Assembly (NCBI GenBank): GCA_963724295.1
Contig: CAVRUC010000007.1
Coordinates: 736,001 to 800,000 of the forward strand
Source of the DNA: an uncultured Chloroflexia bacterium
GTDB lineage: Bacteria > Chloroflexota > Chloroflexia > Thermomicrobiales > UBA6265
Direction of reading: 5' to 3'
DNA: 64,000 nucleotides
Under the pieces are notes generated by a model. The model was not told the DNA's origin and did not search any database. It worked only from the letters and a program-made list of their open reading frames with translations. The translations under genes were made by a program, and so were the position numbers. The number at the start of each line of letters is the position of its first letter. Within the stretch, counting starts at the first letter, position 1. Below, in pieces: positions 27,332 through 37,194 of this stretch.

Positions 27332-28129
27332 TCAGTTTCGCTCGACGCGCTCGCCGACCATAGCGCCGGTCATGATCGCAACGGCGTCGGACATTTTGAA
27401 GTTCCGCGGCTCGATGATCGCCACCCGCTTCCCGAGGCGCTGGATGTGGACGCGATCCGCGACCTCGAACACCTGAGGCATGTTGTGACTGATCAGGATC
27501 ACCGGGAGTCCCCGGTCGCGCACCTGGCGAATCAAGTCGAGCACCATGTGCGACTCCTTGACGCCCAGCGCCGCTGTCGGCTCGTCCATGATCACGACAT
27601 GTTGTGCAAACGCCGCACTGCGTGCCACCGCCACACCCTGGCGCTGGCCGCCCGAGAGGGTCTCCACTGCCTGACCCATAGAATTGATCCCGATCTTGAG
27701 ATCCTGCATGTACGTGTTTGCTTCTCTGCGCATCCGTCGCTTGTCAAGCATACGAAGCAACGATCCCGCGAGACCTTGCCTGCGAATTTCGCGTCCGAGA
27801 AAAATGTTCTCGGAGATATCGAGCGCGGTAGCGAGCGCAAGATCCTGATAGACGGTCTCTATGCCATGCCGCCGGGCGTCGAGTGGACCGCGGAACTGAA
27901 CTGGCGTGCCGTCGACGAGAATCTCCCCCTCGTCCGGGATGAGCGCCCCCGATAGCGCCTTGATCAGCGTCGATTTGCCGGCCCCGTTATCGCCGATCAC
28001 AGCCAGAATCTCCCCGGGATAGAGTTCGAAATCGGCTCCATCCAGAGCAGTGACATGGCCGTAGCGCTTGACCAGGCCGCGGGCCTCGAGGACGGGCGTG
28101 GTTCCGTTTGCACCTGATGCGTCGCTCAT
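27332..28129 (-). CDS. Sugar ABC transporter ATP-binding protein (FrcA-like)
   Basis: ATG 28129; Walker A 'GDNGAGKS', 'LSGGQRQ', 'MDEPT', 'ISHNM'. Confidence 0.93.
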   Translation of the reverse strand: MSDASGANGTTPVLEARGLVKRYGHVTALDGADFELYPGEILAVIGDNGAGKSTLIKALSGALIPDEGEILVDGTPVQFRGPLDARRHGIETVYQDLALATALDISENIFLGREIRRQGLAGSLLRMLDKRRMRREANTYMQDLKIGINSMGQAVETLSGGQRQGVAVARSAAFAQHVVIMDEPTAALGVKESHMVLDLIRQVRDRGLPVILISHNMPQVFEVADRVHIQRLGKRVAIIEPRNFKMSDAVAIMTGAMVGERVERN

Positions 28130-29131
28130 TGCTGCCTTCGGCGTGCGAACTGGTCGACCGTCACGGCGAGAATCACCAGAATACCGGTGACCAGAATCTG
28201 ATAGACCGCATCGACTCCGATGAGTTGCAGACCATTGCGGAAGACGCCGACGATGAGCACCCCGACGAGCGTGCCCATGATCCTGCCACGCCCGCCAAAA
28301 AGGCTCGTACCACCCAGCACAACCGCGGTAATGCTGGCCAGATTCTCGGTCTGCCCCGTATTCGGATTCGCCAACGTGGGTGCGGCCGACCAGGAGCAGT
28401 GCGGCGATGCCGTACAAGAGCCCCGCGACGGTATACACCCCGAGCAGCAAGACAGACGTGTTAATGCCGCTGAGACGGGCCGCCTCTGGGTTGTTTCCCA
28501 CGGCATAGACGTGGCGGCCGACTGCGGTCTGGCGCAAGACGTACCATGTAATGAGATAGAGCACGAACATCAAAACCGTGCCGTAGGTGATCGAGGTTCC
28601 CGCGACCTGAAACGTGTTGCCGAAGAACGTCATCGCCTCTGGAACGTTTGTCACCGTCTGATTCTGCGAGTAGATGTACGTCGCCGCGAATGCGATGTTC
28701 AAGGTTCCCAGGGTCACGATGAACGGGGGCAGTTCCATCCGCGTGATCAGCCCGCCGTTGACCGCGCCGAACAGGGTGCAGACTCCGATCCCGAGCAGGA
28801 TCGCGGGTACGACGGGGATCCCGTTCATGACCGCCAGCTTGGTCATGACGATCGACCCCAGCGCCATGATCGCGCCGCATGAGAGATCGATACCAGCGGT
28901 GAGGATGATGAGCGTCTGGCCGATTGCCAGTACGCCGACCACCATCGACTGCTGCACCACGAGCGAGAGATTCGGTCCGGTCAGGAACCGATCGGTCTGT
29001 GTCGTAAAGTAGGCGCAAGCCAGGATCAGGGCGAGAAGCGGTCCCAGGCCAGACAGCGACGTGACCAGGCTTCGGAAACCACCATTAAGTCGCGCCGCTG
29101 GCTGTTCGACCCTGACTGCATCACCCATCAT
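28126..29131 (-). CDS. Sugar ABC transporter permease (FrcC/RbsC-like), +1 frameshift near 28368
   Basis: 'ILTAGIDLS', 'PPFIVTLG', 'GRHVYAVGNNPEAARLSG' then 'ITAVVLGGTSLFGGRG' in the adjacent frame; deleting one A in GGC GAA TCC G restores 'VGDPN'. Confidence 0.88.
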
Positions 29132-29156
29132 GTCGTCCTTGCGAGACAAGGGGAGG

Positions 29157-29188
29157 TCTCAGGTCCGGCGCTAGCGCCGGACCTGAGA
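29157..29188. repeat. Perfect 32-bp palindrome between the sugar SBP and permease genes
   Basis: tctcaggtccggcgct|agcgccggacctgaga. Confidence 0.9.
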
Positions 29189-29211
29189 TCCTTAGTCATC
29201 CTCGCTCGCGA

Positions 29212-30282
29212 CTAGCCCCAGCAATTCTCAAGACCGAAGGTGGTGTCCTCGGATTCAACACCTTCCACCGGATTGTCCGTGATGAGCGTGACGCCGGTGT
29301 CGGTGTAGCCTGATGGGGCCTCACCGGTCCGGACGAAATTGACGACCGCGTCGACGCCCATCTGCGCCATCTTCAGCGGGTACTGCTGGGAGGTCGCGGC
29401 GATCTTGCCGGCCTTGACGTCTTCGACCCCAGTGCAGCCGCCGTCAACCGAAACGATCAGCACGTCGTTCTCCCGACCGACGGCCTGAAGTGCGGTGTAG
29501 ACGCCGCGGGCGGTCGGCTCATTGATGGTGTAGACCAGGTTGATGTCCGGGTTCGCTTGCAGGCAGTTCTCCATCGCGGTCAGGCTAAGCGGCTCATCGC
29601 CGTCGGCATCCTGACTACAAACCACGCGCGGGTCTTCAGCAAGGGTCATCATATCCGCGGTAGGCGTGCTCGCGGCTCCTTCGGGCGCCCCGAATCCGGC
29701 GAGGAAGCCATTGTGGCGGAGGGCACTTACCGAAGCGCCGGTTGAGCCATCGATGGTGGCGATGATGGGCTCTGTGTCGCCCATCGCGGCCTTCGCGTAC
29801 TGGCCGATGAGAAATCCGGCCTTGAAGTTGTCCGTCGCAAAGAGCGCGTCGGTCGCTTCCATCGGCTCGGTCGGCGTGTCGAGCGCGATGACGAGCACTC
29901 CCTGCTCGCGGGCGTTTTCAATGGCGGGCACGATGGCCTTGGTATCACCAGGAGTGATCAGGATGCCGTGCACGCCGGCAGTGACCATGTTCTCCATCGC
30001 GGTGGTCTGACCCTCGTTGTCAGCGTCGAATGCCCCGGCTCCCGTCAACAGCTCGGCGCCCGCCGCATCCGCTGCCGCCTGTGCGCCTTCCTTCATCTTG
30101 ACGAAGAACGGGTTCGTCTCGGTCTTGGTGATCAACCCGACGATGACCTGCTCATCTTGTGCCGCCGCGGGTTGCATGGCGGTGAGGAGCGGAAACGCAC
30201 TCATCAGGAGCGCGATCGCCAACCAGAGGCGGGCGTTGCCGGCGTGCCGAAGCCGGCGCTGGGATCCGAAGCGACTACGCAT
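29212..30282 (-). CDS. Sugar ABC transporter substrate-binding protein (FrcB-like)
   Basis: Signal ...AAAQD; 'GLITKTETNPFFVKM', 'ALDT', 'ATDN', 'YTINEP', 'SVDGGC', 'ATSQQYP', C-terminal 'CWG'. Confidence 0.92.
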   Translation of the reverse strand: MRSRFGSQRRLRHAGNARLWLAIALLMSAFPLLTAMQPAAAQDEQVIVGLITKTETNPFFVKMKEGAQAAADAAGAELLTGAGAFDADNEGQTTAMENMVTAGVHGILITPGDTKAIVPAIENAREQGVLVIALDTPTEPMEATDALFATDNFKAGFLIGQYAKAAMGDTEPIIATIDGSTGASVSALRHNGFLAGFGAPEGAASTPTADMMTLAEDPRVVCSQDADGDEPLSLTAMENCLQANPDINLVYTINEPTARGVYTALQAVGRENDVLIVSVDGGCTGVEDVKAGKIAATSQQYPLKMAQMGVDAVVNFVRTGEAPSGYTDTGVTLITDNPVEGVESEDTTFGLENCWG

Positions 30283-30354
30283 CGTCTTTCCCCTTCGAGC
30301 TATGACTGACGCACCGGCACGCTGCTGGCGCGCTCACCCTGTGTGGACCGCAGG

Positions 30355-30383
30355 ACTATACGGGTCTCCGCCTTGCCGGTCAA
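30355..30383 (-). promoter_or_regulatory. Sigma70 promoter of the sugar ABC operon
   Basis: TTGACC-N17-TATAGT on the minus strand ~70 nt upstream of the SBP start. Confidence 0.7.
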
Positions 30384-30443
30384 TACCCTTCCGCGAGCGG
30401 ACGTTCTTCGACCATGCGGACGGTCCGCCTACGACTGCATCGC

Positions 30444-31397
30444 CTACCTCGATACGATGAGCGTCCACGCCAGCGCGCACCCTAGCGTCGCCAGAGCGAC
30501 GAGTGGAAAGCAGGCGGCGATCCCGACGCGCCGGTTGGCCGCGACCAGGATGACGTTGCCTGTCAGTAACAGGAGCGTCAGTCCAGCGGCCAGCTCGATG
30601 GCGAAAAACGGCTGCTCGACGCCGAGCCGCCAGGCGGCGAGCCAGGCCAACACCGGCGCGGTGAGCGTCGTCAGCCAGGCGACGACAAAGGTGAGTCGCT
30701 GTCCGAGGCGAGTCGTCGCCGTCGGCAGGCCGGCCGCGCGATCGATCGCCACGTCGGGGAGTGCCTGGGCGAGATGCACGCCGACCGTCGCCAGTGCGCC
30801 GAGCGGGTAGAGCAGCAGCAACCTGGGCTCCGGCTTTCCCAGGGACGCAAATACCCAGATCGGCAGCAGAGGGAGTGCGAGAAAATATGGCAGCCACGAC
30901 CAGGCGGTGCGCTTGAACCACAGATCGTACGCGATCCCCAACGCCGTGCCGGCGGCAAGGAGCGCAAGCGCAAAAATGCCGAAGCGCCATCCAAACGCGA
31001 CCATCATGATCAGACCGATGACGACCATGGCCTGAGCGCCGCGGATCGGGACGTCTCCGCTCGGCAATGGCTTCCACGGTTTGCCGGCGGCGTCGAACGG
31101 GAGGTCGACCAACTCATTCGTGGCGCCGATCGCCAGCTGACCGCCGAGCATGGCCAGGAGCAATGGCCCCAGGAGATGCGCCGGGGGCACGCCGCCCCAG
31201 GCGATGACCGCGAATGCCGCCGTCGCCAGCTCGACGACCAGCACCGGCGCCAGGTGCGGCAACAGAAGATAGCCCCGCACCGTCCGTCTCAGGGAGCGCT
31301 GGCCAGGCACGGTCAGCAATTGGGCCGGCCGCGCTACTGGCGGCTCGAAGCTGTCCGACTCCGGAATCAGCCGGTTGTGGGACGACTGGGTCTTCAA
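30444..31397 (-). CDS. UbiA-family prenyltransferase-like membrane protein
   Basis: 'NELVDLPFD...KPWKPLPSG', 'AYDLWFK', 'LPDVAID'; multiple TM segments; start uncertain (ORF open to 31502). Confidence 0.8.
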   Translation of the reverse strand: MKTQSSHNRLIPESDSFEPPVARPAQLLTVPGQRSLRRTVRGYLLLPHLAPVLVVELATAAFAVIAWGGVPPAHLLGPLLLAMLGGQLAIGATNELVDLPFDAAGKPWKPLPSGDVPIRGAQAMVVIGLIMMVAFGWRFGIFALALLAAGTALGIAYDLWFKRTAWSWLPYFLALPLLPIWVFASLGKPEPRLLLLYPLGALATVGVHLAQALPDVAIDRAAGLPTATTRLGQRLTFVVAWLTTLTAPVLAWLAAWRLGVEQPFFAIELAAGLTLLLLTGNVILVAANRRVGIAACFPLVALATLGCALAWTLIVSR

Positions 31398-31524
31398 TGG
31401 GGCTGCCTCTGAGTTGTCGCCGCCGCCGGTTTGTTGACAAAATGTCGAGGCGGATTCGGATCCGGGTTCAGCTTCCCGTCGCGCCGAACCGTGGACGTCC
31501 ACTCAGGCAAAGGAGCGCGGCACC

Positions 31525-32064
31525 GTGAGCACGACACGTTGGGATCCCTGGGGCGATATCGTCAGTTTGCGCGAGGCGATGAACAACCTGCTGGAAGAGA
31601 GTTTTGTCCGCCCCCAGCCGGGGACCCCGGGGCCGGGAATGGCGTCGAGTCTGGCGCTGGATGTGAAGGAGACTCCGGATACGTTCATCGTGACTGCCTC
31701 GGTGCCGGGGGTACCGCCCTCCGACATCGACATTACCATCCTCGGCGACACGCTGCGCATCCGCGGCCAGCGCAAGGAGGAGGTCGAGGAGACGGGCGAA
31801 GGGAGCCGGTGGTTGTTGCGGGAGCGCCGGTTCGGGGCATTCGAACGGACCGTGTCTCTGCCATCGGTCGTCGACAGCGAGGGCTCGAGCGCCGACTTCA
31901 ACAATGGGGTCCTGACCATCACGTTGCCAAAGGCCGACGTCGTGAAGCCTCGTAGCATCCCGATCAAGGGCGCCGGGTCACGGGACCCGTCATCCGGGGA
32001 AGAGCAACCGACCGAGGTCGAGATTCACGCCTCGAGCGGTCAATCAGGTCAGGGCAAGCGCTAG
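31525..32064 (+). CDS. Hsp20/alpha-crystallin small heat-shock protein
   Basis: SD AAGGAG; 'RWDPW', 'LDVKET', 'ERRFGAFERTVSLP', 'NGVLTITLPK', 'IPI'. Confidence 0.95.
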   Translation: MSTTRWDPWGDIVSLREAMNNLLEESFVRPQPGTPGPGMASSLALDVKETPDTFIVTASVPGVPPSDIDITILGDTLRIRGQRKEEVEETGEGSRWLLRERRFGAFERTVSLPSVVDSEGSSADFNNGVLTITLPKADVVKPRSIPIKGAGSRDPSSGEEQPTEVEIHASSGQSGQGKR

Positions 32065-32107
32065 CCGCGGGAACGCCCGGCCGGCCGGAGCGGGACGAGA
32101 CCGAGGC

Positions 32108-32500
32108 TCAGGACTCGGACGCGACCCCCGCATCGCCGATGCGAATGTCCGGCTGCAGCGCCGCGGGCGGCGCCGCGGCTGGCCTGTCATCGCCACCGCG
32201 GGCGGCCAGGAGCACCGCCTCCGCGCCAAGTCGCTCGAAGAGCTCGGCCACGATCGCCGTCCGCCCGGGCGCGGTGACCACGATCAGCAGCGCGTCCGCG
32301 GCCGGCGGAGCACCATCCAGCACGCGTAGCCCCGCCCGCTCCAGCTGACGTGCGGTGTCGCCCCGCGCTCCGTCGAAGACGCGAGTCTGAGGTCCGAAGC
32401 CGGCGCGATGGGTCGCCGCCAGCGCCGCGCTGAGCTCCGTGCGCGGGAACGTGCCCACGACGTGATCGATTGCCGGAGACGAAGGAGCGTCAGGACGCAT
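32108..32500 (-). CDS. Hypothetical protein (130 aa)
   Basis: ORF with high-GC3 codon use and an alpha/beta-like pattern; no family recognised. Confidence 0.55.
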   Translation of the reverse strand: MRPDAPSSPAIDHVVGTFPRTELSAALAATHRAGFGPQTRVFDGARGDTARQLERAGLRVLDGAPPAADALLIVVTAPGRTAIVAELFERLGAEAVLLAARGGDDRPAAAPPAALQPDIRIGDAGVASES

Positions 32501-32537
32501 CAGCGCGTTCCGTCCAACAGTCGGGGCCCCTTGCCGG

Positions 32538-32759
32538 CTAGCGCTGCGACGATCGCCCTCGCATCGCACCCTTCACCAGCCGCTCGACGGCTCTGGCCGG
32601 GGCGGGAGCGGGTCGTTGTGGCGCCTTCGGCTCGGCCGCCGCGTCTTCGCTCGGCGCCACGCCATCTTCGCCTTCCGGCGCGCTTTGCGCCACCTTGACG
32701 CTGCGCACGGTCGACTCCTCGCCGCGCTTGGTAATGTAGTAGCGGATCGGCTCCTGCAT
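32538..32759 (-). CDS. Small hypothetical protein (73 aa)
   Basis: SD-like AAAGGCGGTG, MQEPIRYYITKRGEE..., typical codon use. Confidence 0.55.
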   Translation of the reverse strand: MQEPIRYYITKRGEESTVRSVKVAQSAPEGEDGVAPSEDAAAEPKAPQRPAPAPARAVERLVKGAMRGRSSQR

Positions 32760-33023
32760 GGATGCACCGCCTTTCTCAGGGACCGTCTTACGGTCCGCTG
32801 GAAGCCCCCGAACTGGCCGGGGGCTGGCGGATGTCCACGCGGTGGGACGGAATCGCCGGGCCGGCTAGTCCTGGGGGCGCTCGATTGTCGAACAGCTAGG
32901 ACTGCCAGCGTCCAACGAGACTCCCTTCACGGGGTCGAGTGCGCACCGGCTGGCCAGCGACACGGCGCTGCATGTTTACGGTCCGGGCACACGCCAAGAG
33001 GAAACGGTTTTGCCGTTTCCCAA
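32760..33023 (-). ncRNA. Candidate structured 5' leader or ncRNA (~260 nt)
   Basis: Follows TTGACG-N17-TAGAGT (33058-33030) and contains at least five stems; no known family recognised. Confidence 0.4.
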
Positions 33024-33128
33024 TGAGAGACTCTACAGAGTCGGGCGCGCCACGTCAACGACGGAGCGTGTGAGAAGGCTCTCGAATTCGCTTGCACTTG
33101 CGTCGGGACACGGTCGTCAGGAATCCTC

Positions 33129-35918
33129 ATGGACACGCACATGACGAGCATTGGGCCTCACCCTGGGTCGAAGGAGCACGAACGCCTCGCCGGCATGGAT
33201 GGCGACCTGACGGCCTGGCGTCGCTGGGGTCCGTATGTTGCCGAGCGTTCCTGGGGCACGGTCCGTGAGGACTACAGCGCGCAGGGTCACGCCTGGGACT
33301 TCCTGTCCCACGATCTGGCGCGCAGCACGGCGTATCGATGGGGCGAGGACGGTCTCGCCGGGTTCTGCGACCGCTATCAGATCCTGGTTTTCGCGCTCGC
33401 CCTCTGGAACGAGCGGGATCCGATCCTCAAGGAGCGTGCTTTCGGCCTCACGCCAAACGAAGGAAACCACGGCGAAGACGTCAAGGAGTACTACTTCTAT
33501 CTCGACGCCACGCCTACCCATTCCTTCATGAAGTGGCACTACAAGTATCCGCAGCGCGCCTATCCCTATCAGCAACTCATCGACGAGAACCGGTCTCGGC
33601 ATGGACAGGGACGGGAGTTCGAGCTGCTGGACACCGGTATCTTCGACGACGATCGGTACTTCGACGTGACCGTGGAGTACGCCAAGGCGTCGCCCGAGGA
33701 TCTCGTCATTCGGGTCACGGTCGAGAACCGTGGCCCCGATGCGGCGCCAATCCACCTCCTCCCTCATCTCTGGTTCCGGAATACGTGGGCCTGGAGCGAG
33801 CCGCCAGGTCCGGAACCGCGAATTGAGCCAGGACCGACCGGCCCCGGGTTCGTCAGCCTCTTGGCGGATGACCGGACGGCGACTCCGCCGCGCAATCTCC
33901 TCTTCGAGTACCGCCTGGGACCGCGATACCTCTATGTCGAGGAGGGCGGCGAGTTGCTCTTCACCGACAACGAGACGAACGCCCGGCGGGCAGTGGATTC
34001 AGGAACGCAACGCGCGGACTCGAGACCGTATGCCAAGGACGCGTTTCACCGGCACGTCATCGACGGTGAGAGCGCTACCAACCCGGAACAATTCGGTACG
34101 AAATCATGCGCCCATTATCGTTATGTCGTTCCGGCACACGGGTCCGTCACCCTCCGCATGCGCCTCGCGCCTGACGTGCTCGAGGCGCCTCTGCGAGCCG
34201 TCGATGCGGTGCTCCGCCAGCGTCAGGTCGAGGCTGACGAGTTCTACGCGACGATCCATCCGCCGGCGGCTAGCGACGATGAACGGATGGTGCAGCGACA
34301 GGCGTTCGCCGGGTTGCTCTGGACCAAACAGATCTACCTCTTCGATGTGAACCAGTGGTTGGAGGGAGACGCTGTCCACGGACCGCTGCCCGAGTCACGG
34401 CGCTTCGTCCGCAACAGCCACTGGCGGCACCTGAACTCCATGCGCATCCTCTCCATGCCGGACAAGTGGGAGTTCCCCTGGTTTGCGGCCTGGGACCTGG
34501 CCTTTCACGTTTTGCCGCTGGCCCTGGTCGATCCCGACTATGCCAAGGAGCAGCTGTGGGTCCTCCTCTTCGAGCAGTTCCTGCACCCCTCGGGACAGAT
34601 TCCGGCCTACGAGTGGGAGTTCTCCGACGTCAATCCACCCGTCCACGCCTGGGCGGTCTGGCGCGTCTATAACCTCGACCGCATCCGCTCGGGTCAGGCG
34701 GACCGCCAGTTTCTTGAGAAGTGCTTTCACAAGCTGCTGATCAACTTCGCATGGTGGGTGAACAAGGTCGACCGGCAGGGGAACAACATTTTCGAGGGCG
34801 GGTTTCTCGGGCTCGACAACATCGCGGTCGTCGACCGCGGCCGGCCGCTGCCCGAGGGGGCGGTCCTCGAGCAGTCCGATGCCACGGGCTGGATGGCGAT
34901 GTTCTGTCTCAACCTGATGCGCATCGCCCTGGAGCTGGCCAAGGAGAACCAGGCCTACGAGGGGCTGGCCACGAAATTCTTCCAACACTACGTCTATGTT
35001 GGCGCCGCGATGACCAACATGGGCGGTCGTCACTTCCAGCTCTGGGACGACGAGGACGGGTTCTTCTACGACGTTCTGCGCTTCCCCGATGACCGCTTCG
35101 AGAGGTTCAGGGTTCGCTCTCTGGTTGGGCTGATCCCCCTCTACGCGGTAGAGCGCCTGCAGGAGGAGTCGACCGAACCCATGCCCGGGTTCCGGGAGAG
35201 TCTCGATTGGTTCCTGCGGAACAAGCCGCACATCGTGGGAAACCTCTGCCTGCCGCTCGACCGGGACGGACAGCGCGATTACCTGCTCGCCGTCGTCGAT
35301 GAGGCTCAGTTGCGACGGATGATGCAACGAGTGCTCGACCCGGACGAATTCCTCTCACCCTGGGGTCTGCGCAGCCTCTCCAGGGAGCACGAAGTCCACC
35401 CGTTTCGCTTCGCGGATCAGGAGGTCAGGTACGCACCGGCGGAGGCAGACGTCAAGATCATGGGCGGGAACTCGAACTGGCGCGGTCCAGTCTGGTTCCC
35501 AACCACTTACGTGATGATCGAGTCGCTACGCACGCTGGGCGAGGCGTACGGTTCGCATTTCATGGTGGCCGCGAACGGGAAGTCAGGGCCACCGGTGACA
35601 TTGCAGCAGGTGGCCGACGACCTATCCGACCGTCTGATCCGCATCTTCACCCGCGACGCGTCCGGGAGGCGGCCGGTCCACGGTGATCGCCAGAAGTTTC
35701 AGGAGGATCCCTACTGGCGCGACCTCATCCTCTTTCACGAGTACTTCCACGCCGAGACCGGAGAGGGGCTGGGCGCCTCGCACCAGACCGGCTGGACCGG
35801 GCTCGTCGCCTCCCTCATCGATGAACGGCGGCGGCCCGGCGGCGATTCGGTTTCCAATGTATGTAGCACACCCCCGTGCTATACTCCGGCCGTCTCCCGC
35901 GGCGAACGTCAATCTTGA
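33129..35918 (+). CDS. MGH1/GH63-like glycoside hydrolase (glucosidase)
   Basis: '[21 protein letters not shown]', 'GNHGEDVKE', '[19 protein letters not shown]', 'GGFLGLDNI', 'NSNWRGPVW', 'GASHQTGWT'. Confidence 0.9.
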   Translation: MDTHMTSIGPHPGSKEHERLAGMDGDLTAWRRWGPYVAERSWGTVREDYSAQGHAWDFLSHDLARSTAYRWGEDGLAGFCDRYQILVFALALWNERDPILKERAFGLTPNEGNHGEDVKEYYFYLDATPTHSFMKWHYKYPQRAYPYQQLIDENRSRHGQGREFELLDTGIFDDDRYFDVTVEYAKASPEDLVIRVTVENRGPDAAPIHLLPHLWFRNTWAWSEPPGPEPRIEPGPTGPGFVSLLADDRTATPPRNLLFEYRLGPRYLYVEEGGELLFTDNETNARRAVDSGTQRADSRPYAKDAFHRHVIDGESATNPEQFGTKSCAHYRYVVPAHGSVTLRMRLAPDVLEAPLRAVDAVLRQRQVEADEFYATIHPPAASDDERMVQRQAFAGLLWTKQIYLFDVNQWLEGDAVHGPLPESRRFVRNSHWRHLNSMRILSMPDKWEFPWFAAWDLAFHVLPLALVDPDYAKEQLWVLLFEQFLHPSGQIPAYEWEFSDVNPPVHAWAVWRVYNLDRIRSGQADRQFLEKCFHKLLINFAWWVNKVDRQGNNIFEGGFLGLDNIAVVDRGRPLPEGAVLEQSDATGWMAMFCLNLMRIALELAKENQAYEGLATKFFQHYVYVGAAMTNMGGRHFQLWDDEDGFFYDVLRFPDDRFERFRVRSLVGLIPLYAVERLQEESTEPMPGFRESLDWFLRNKPHIVGNLCLPLDRDGQRDYLLAVVDEAQLRRMMQRVLDPDEFLSPWGLRSLSREHEVHPFRFADQEVRYAPAEADVKIMGGNSNWRGPVWFPTTYVMIESLRTLGEAYGSHFMVAANGKSGPPVTLQQVADDLSDRLIRIFTRDASGRRPVHGDRQKFQEDPYWRDLILFHEYFHAETGEGLGASHQTGWTGLVASLIDERRRPGGDSVSNVCSTPPCYTPAVSRGERQS

Positions 35919-36009
35919 CGTCGATTCCGGCGCGGGTCGCGATGACGCCATGCACGCGGCCAACACGCTAAGACCGACGTGTGCCTCTTGCGTTTAGAGG
36001 AGCGCCTGG

Positions 36010-37068
36010 TTGTTCCGACCCCTGTCAAAGCTCTTCGGGATGTTCAGCCGCGATCTCGGCATCGATCTTGGGACTGCCAACACCCTCGTCTACGTGCGGG
36101 GAAAAGGCATCGTCATCTCCGAGCCAAGCGTGGTGGCCATCGACACCCGCACCCGGCGCGCCTTTGGCGTGGGTGCTGAAGCCAAGGCCATGGTCGGCAA
36201 GACGCCGGAGAGCATCGTCGCCGTGCGGCCCCTCAAGGACGGCGTCATCGCCGACTTCGACACCGTCGAGATGATGCTCCATTACTTCATCCGCAAGGTG
36301 CACATGCAGCGGCTGATGGCGCCCCACCCGCGGGTGGTCATCGGCATCCCCAGCGGTGTCACTGAGGTGGAAAAACGGGCCGCCAAGGACGCCGCGCTCT
36401 CGGCCGGGGCCCGCGAGGCCTACACCATCGAGGAGCCGATGGCCGCCGCCATCGGGGCGGGACTGCCCATCAATGAACCGATCGGGTCCATGATCGTCGA
36501 CATCGGCGGCGGCACCACCGAGGTGGCGGTTATCTCCCTGGGCGGCATCGTGGTCAACCACTCCATCCGGGTGGCAGGTGATGAGATCGACGATGCCATC
36601 ATCCAGTACGCCCGGCGCGACCACAACCTGGTCATTGGCGAGCGGACCGCGGAGAACGCCAAGATCGCGGCCGGCTCGGCCTACCCGTTGGAAGAGGAGA
36701 TTCGCACCACCTTGCGCGGGCGCGATCTGCTGACCGGCTTGCCCAAGTCGGTGGAGGTCAGCTCGGTGGAGCTACGCGACGCCATCTCCCAGCCGGTCAA
36801 CACCATCGTCGAGGTGGTGAAAACCGCCATCGAGGAGACGCCACCCGAGCTGGTGGCCGACATCATGGAGCAGGGCATTACCCTGGCCGGGGGCGGGGCG
36901 CTGCTGTTCGGGCTGGACCGGCGGTTGCAGACCGAGCTGAAGATGCCGGTCTACCGTGCCGACGATCCGCTGACCTGCGTGGCTCGGGGCACCGGTCGCG
37001 TCGCCGAAGCCCTGCACCTCTACGAGCGGGCCCTGGCGAGTGGTTCGGAGATCCGCCGCGCGCGATAA
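36010..37068 (+). CDS. mreB: Rod shape-determining actin homolog MreB
   Basis: 'GIDLGTANT', 'RPLKDGVIADF', 'IEEPMAAAIGAG', 'DIGGGTTE', 'LAGGGALL'; extended -10 TGcTATACT at 35877-35885. Confidence 0.97.
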   Translation: MFRPLSKLFGMFSRDLGIDLGTANTLVYVRGKGIVISEPSVVAIDTRTRRAFGVGAEAKAMVGKTPESIVAVRPLKDGVIADFDTVEMMLHYFIRKVHMQRLMAPHPRVVIGIPSGVTEVEKRAAKDAALSAGAREAYTIEEPMAAAIGAGLPINEPIGSMIVDIGGGTTEVAVISLGGIVVNHSIRVAGDEIDDAIIQYARRDHNLVIGERTAENAKIAAGSAYPLEEEIRTTLRGRDLLTGLPKSVEVSSVELRDAISQPVNTIVEVVKTAIEETPPELVADIMEQGITLAGGGALLFGLDRRLQTELKMPVYRADDPLTCVARGTGRVAEALHLYERALASGSEIRRAR

Positions 37069-37194
37069 GGCCGCAACCGACCATCCCTGGAACGACTGCA
37101 GCCGGTAAGCGGCGTGGTATCGTTGGCTGTCCCGCCCATCCCGGGGAGTGCCCCCAACGACATCGGGACAGCACCGGCCTCACGAGGTTCGCCG

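Noticed and set aside
27332..29149. 605-aa permease-ATPase fusion in the ORF track
   Set aside because: Produced by a +1 frameshift near 28368; the true permease C-terminus is in another frame and the ATPase has its own ATG at 28129.
31430..31524. CIRCE or HAIR heat-shock operator before hsp20
   Set aside because: No matching inverted repeat seen; only an isolated TTGACA without a convincing -10.
32870..33000. tmRNA, group II intron 5' end, or purine/ZTP riboswitch
   Set aside because: Only isolated fragments (GGGGGCG, GTGTGCCCGG, CCGTAAA, CTGGCG); the remaining required conserved elements are absent.
35820..35918. Unusual C-terminal tail of the glycoside hydrolase as a new domain
   Set aside because: The tail overlaps the mreB promoter (TGcTATACT) and looks like read-through into intergenic DNA or a lost stop.
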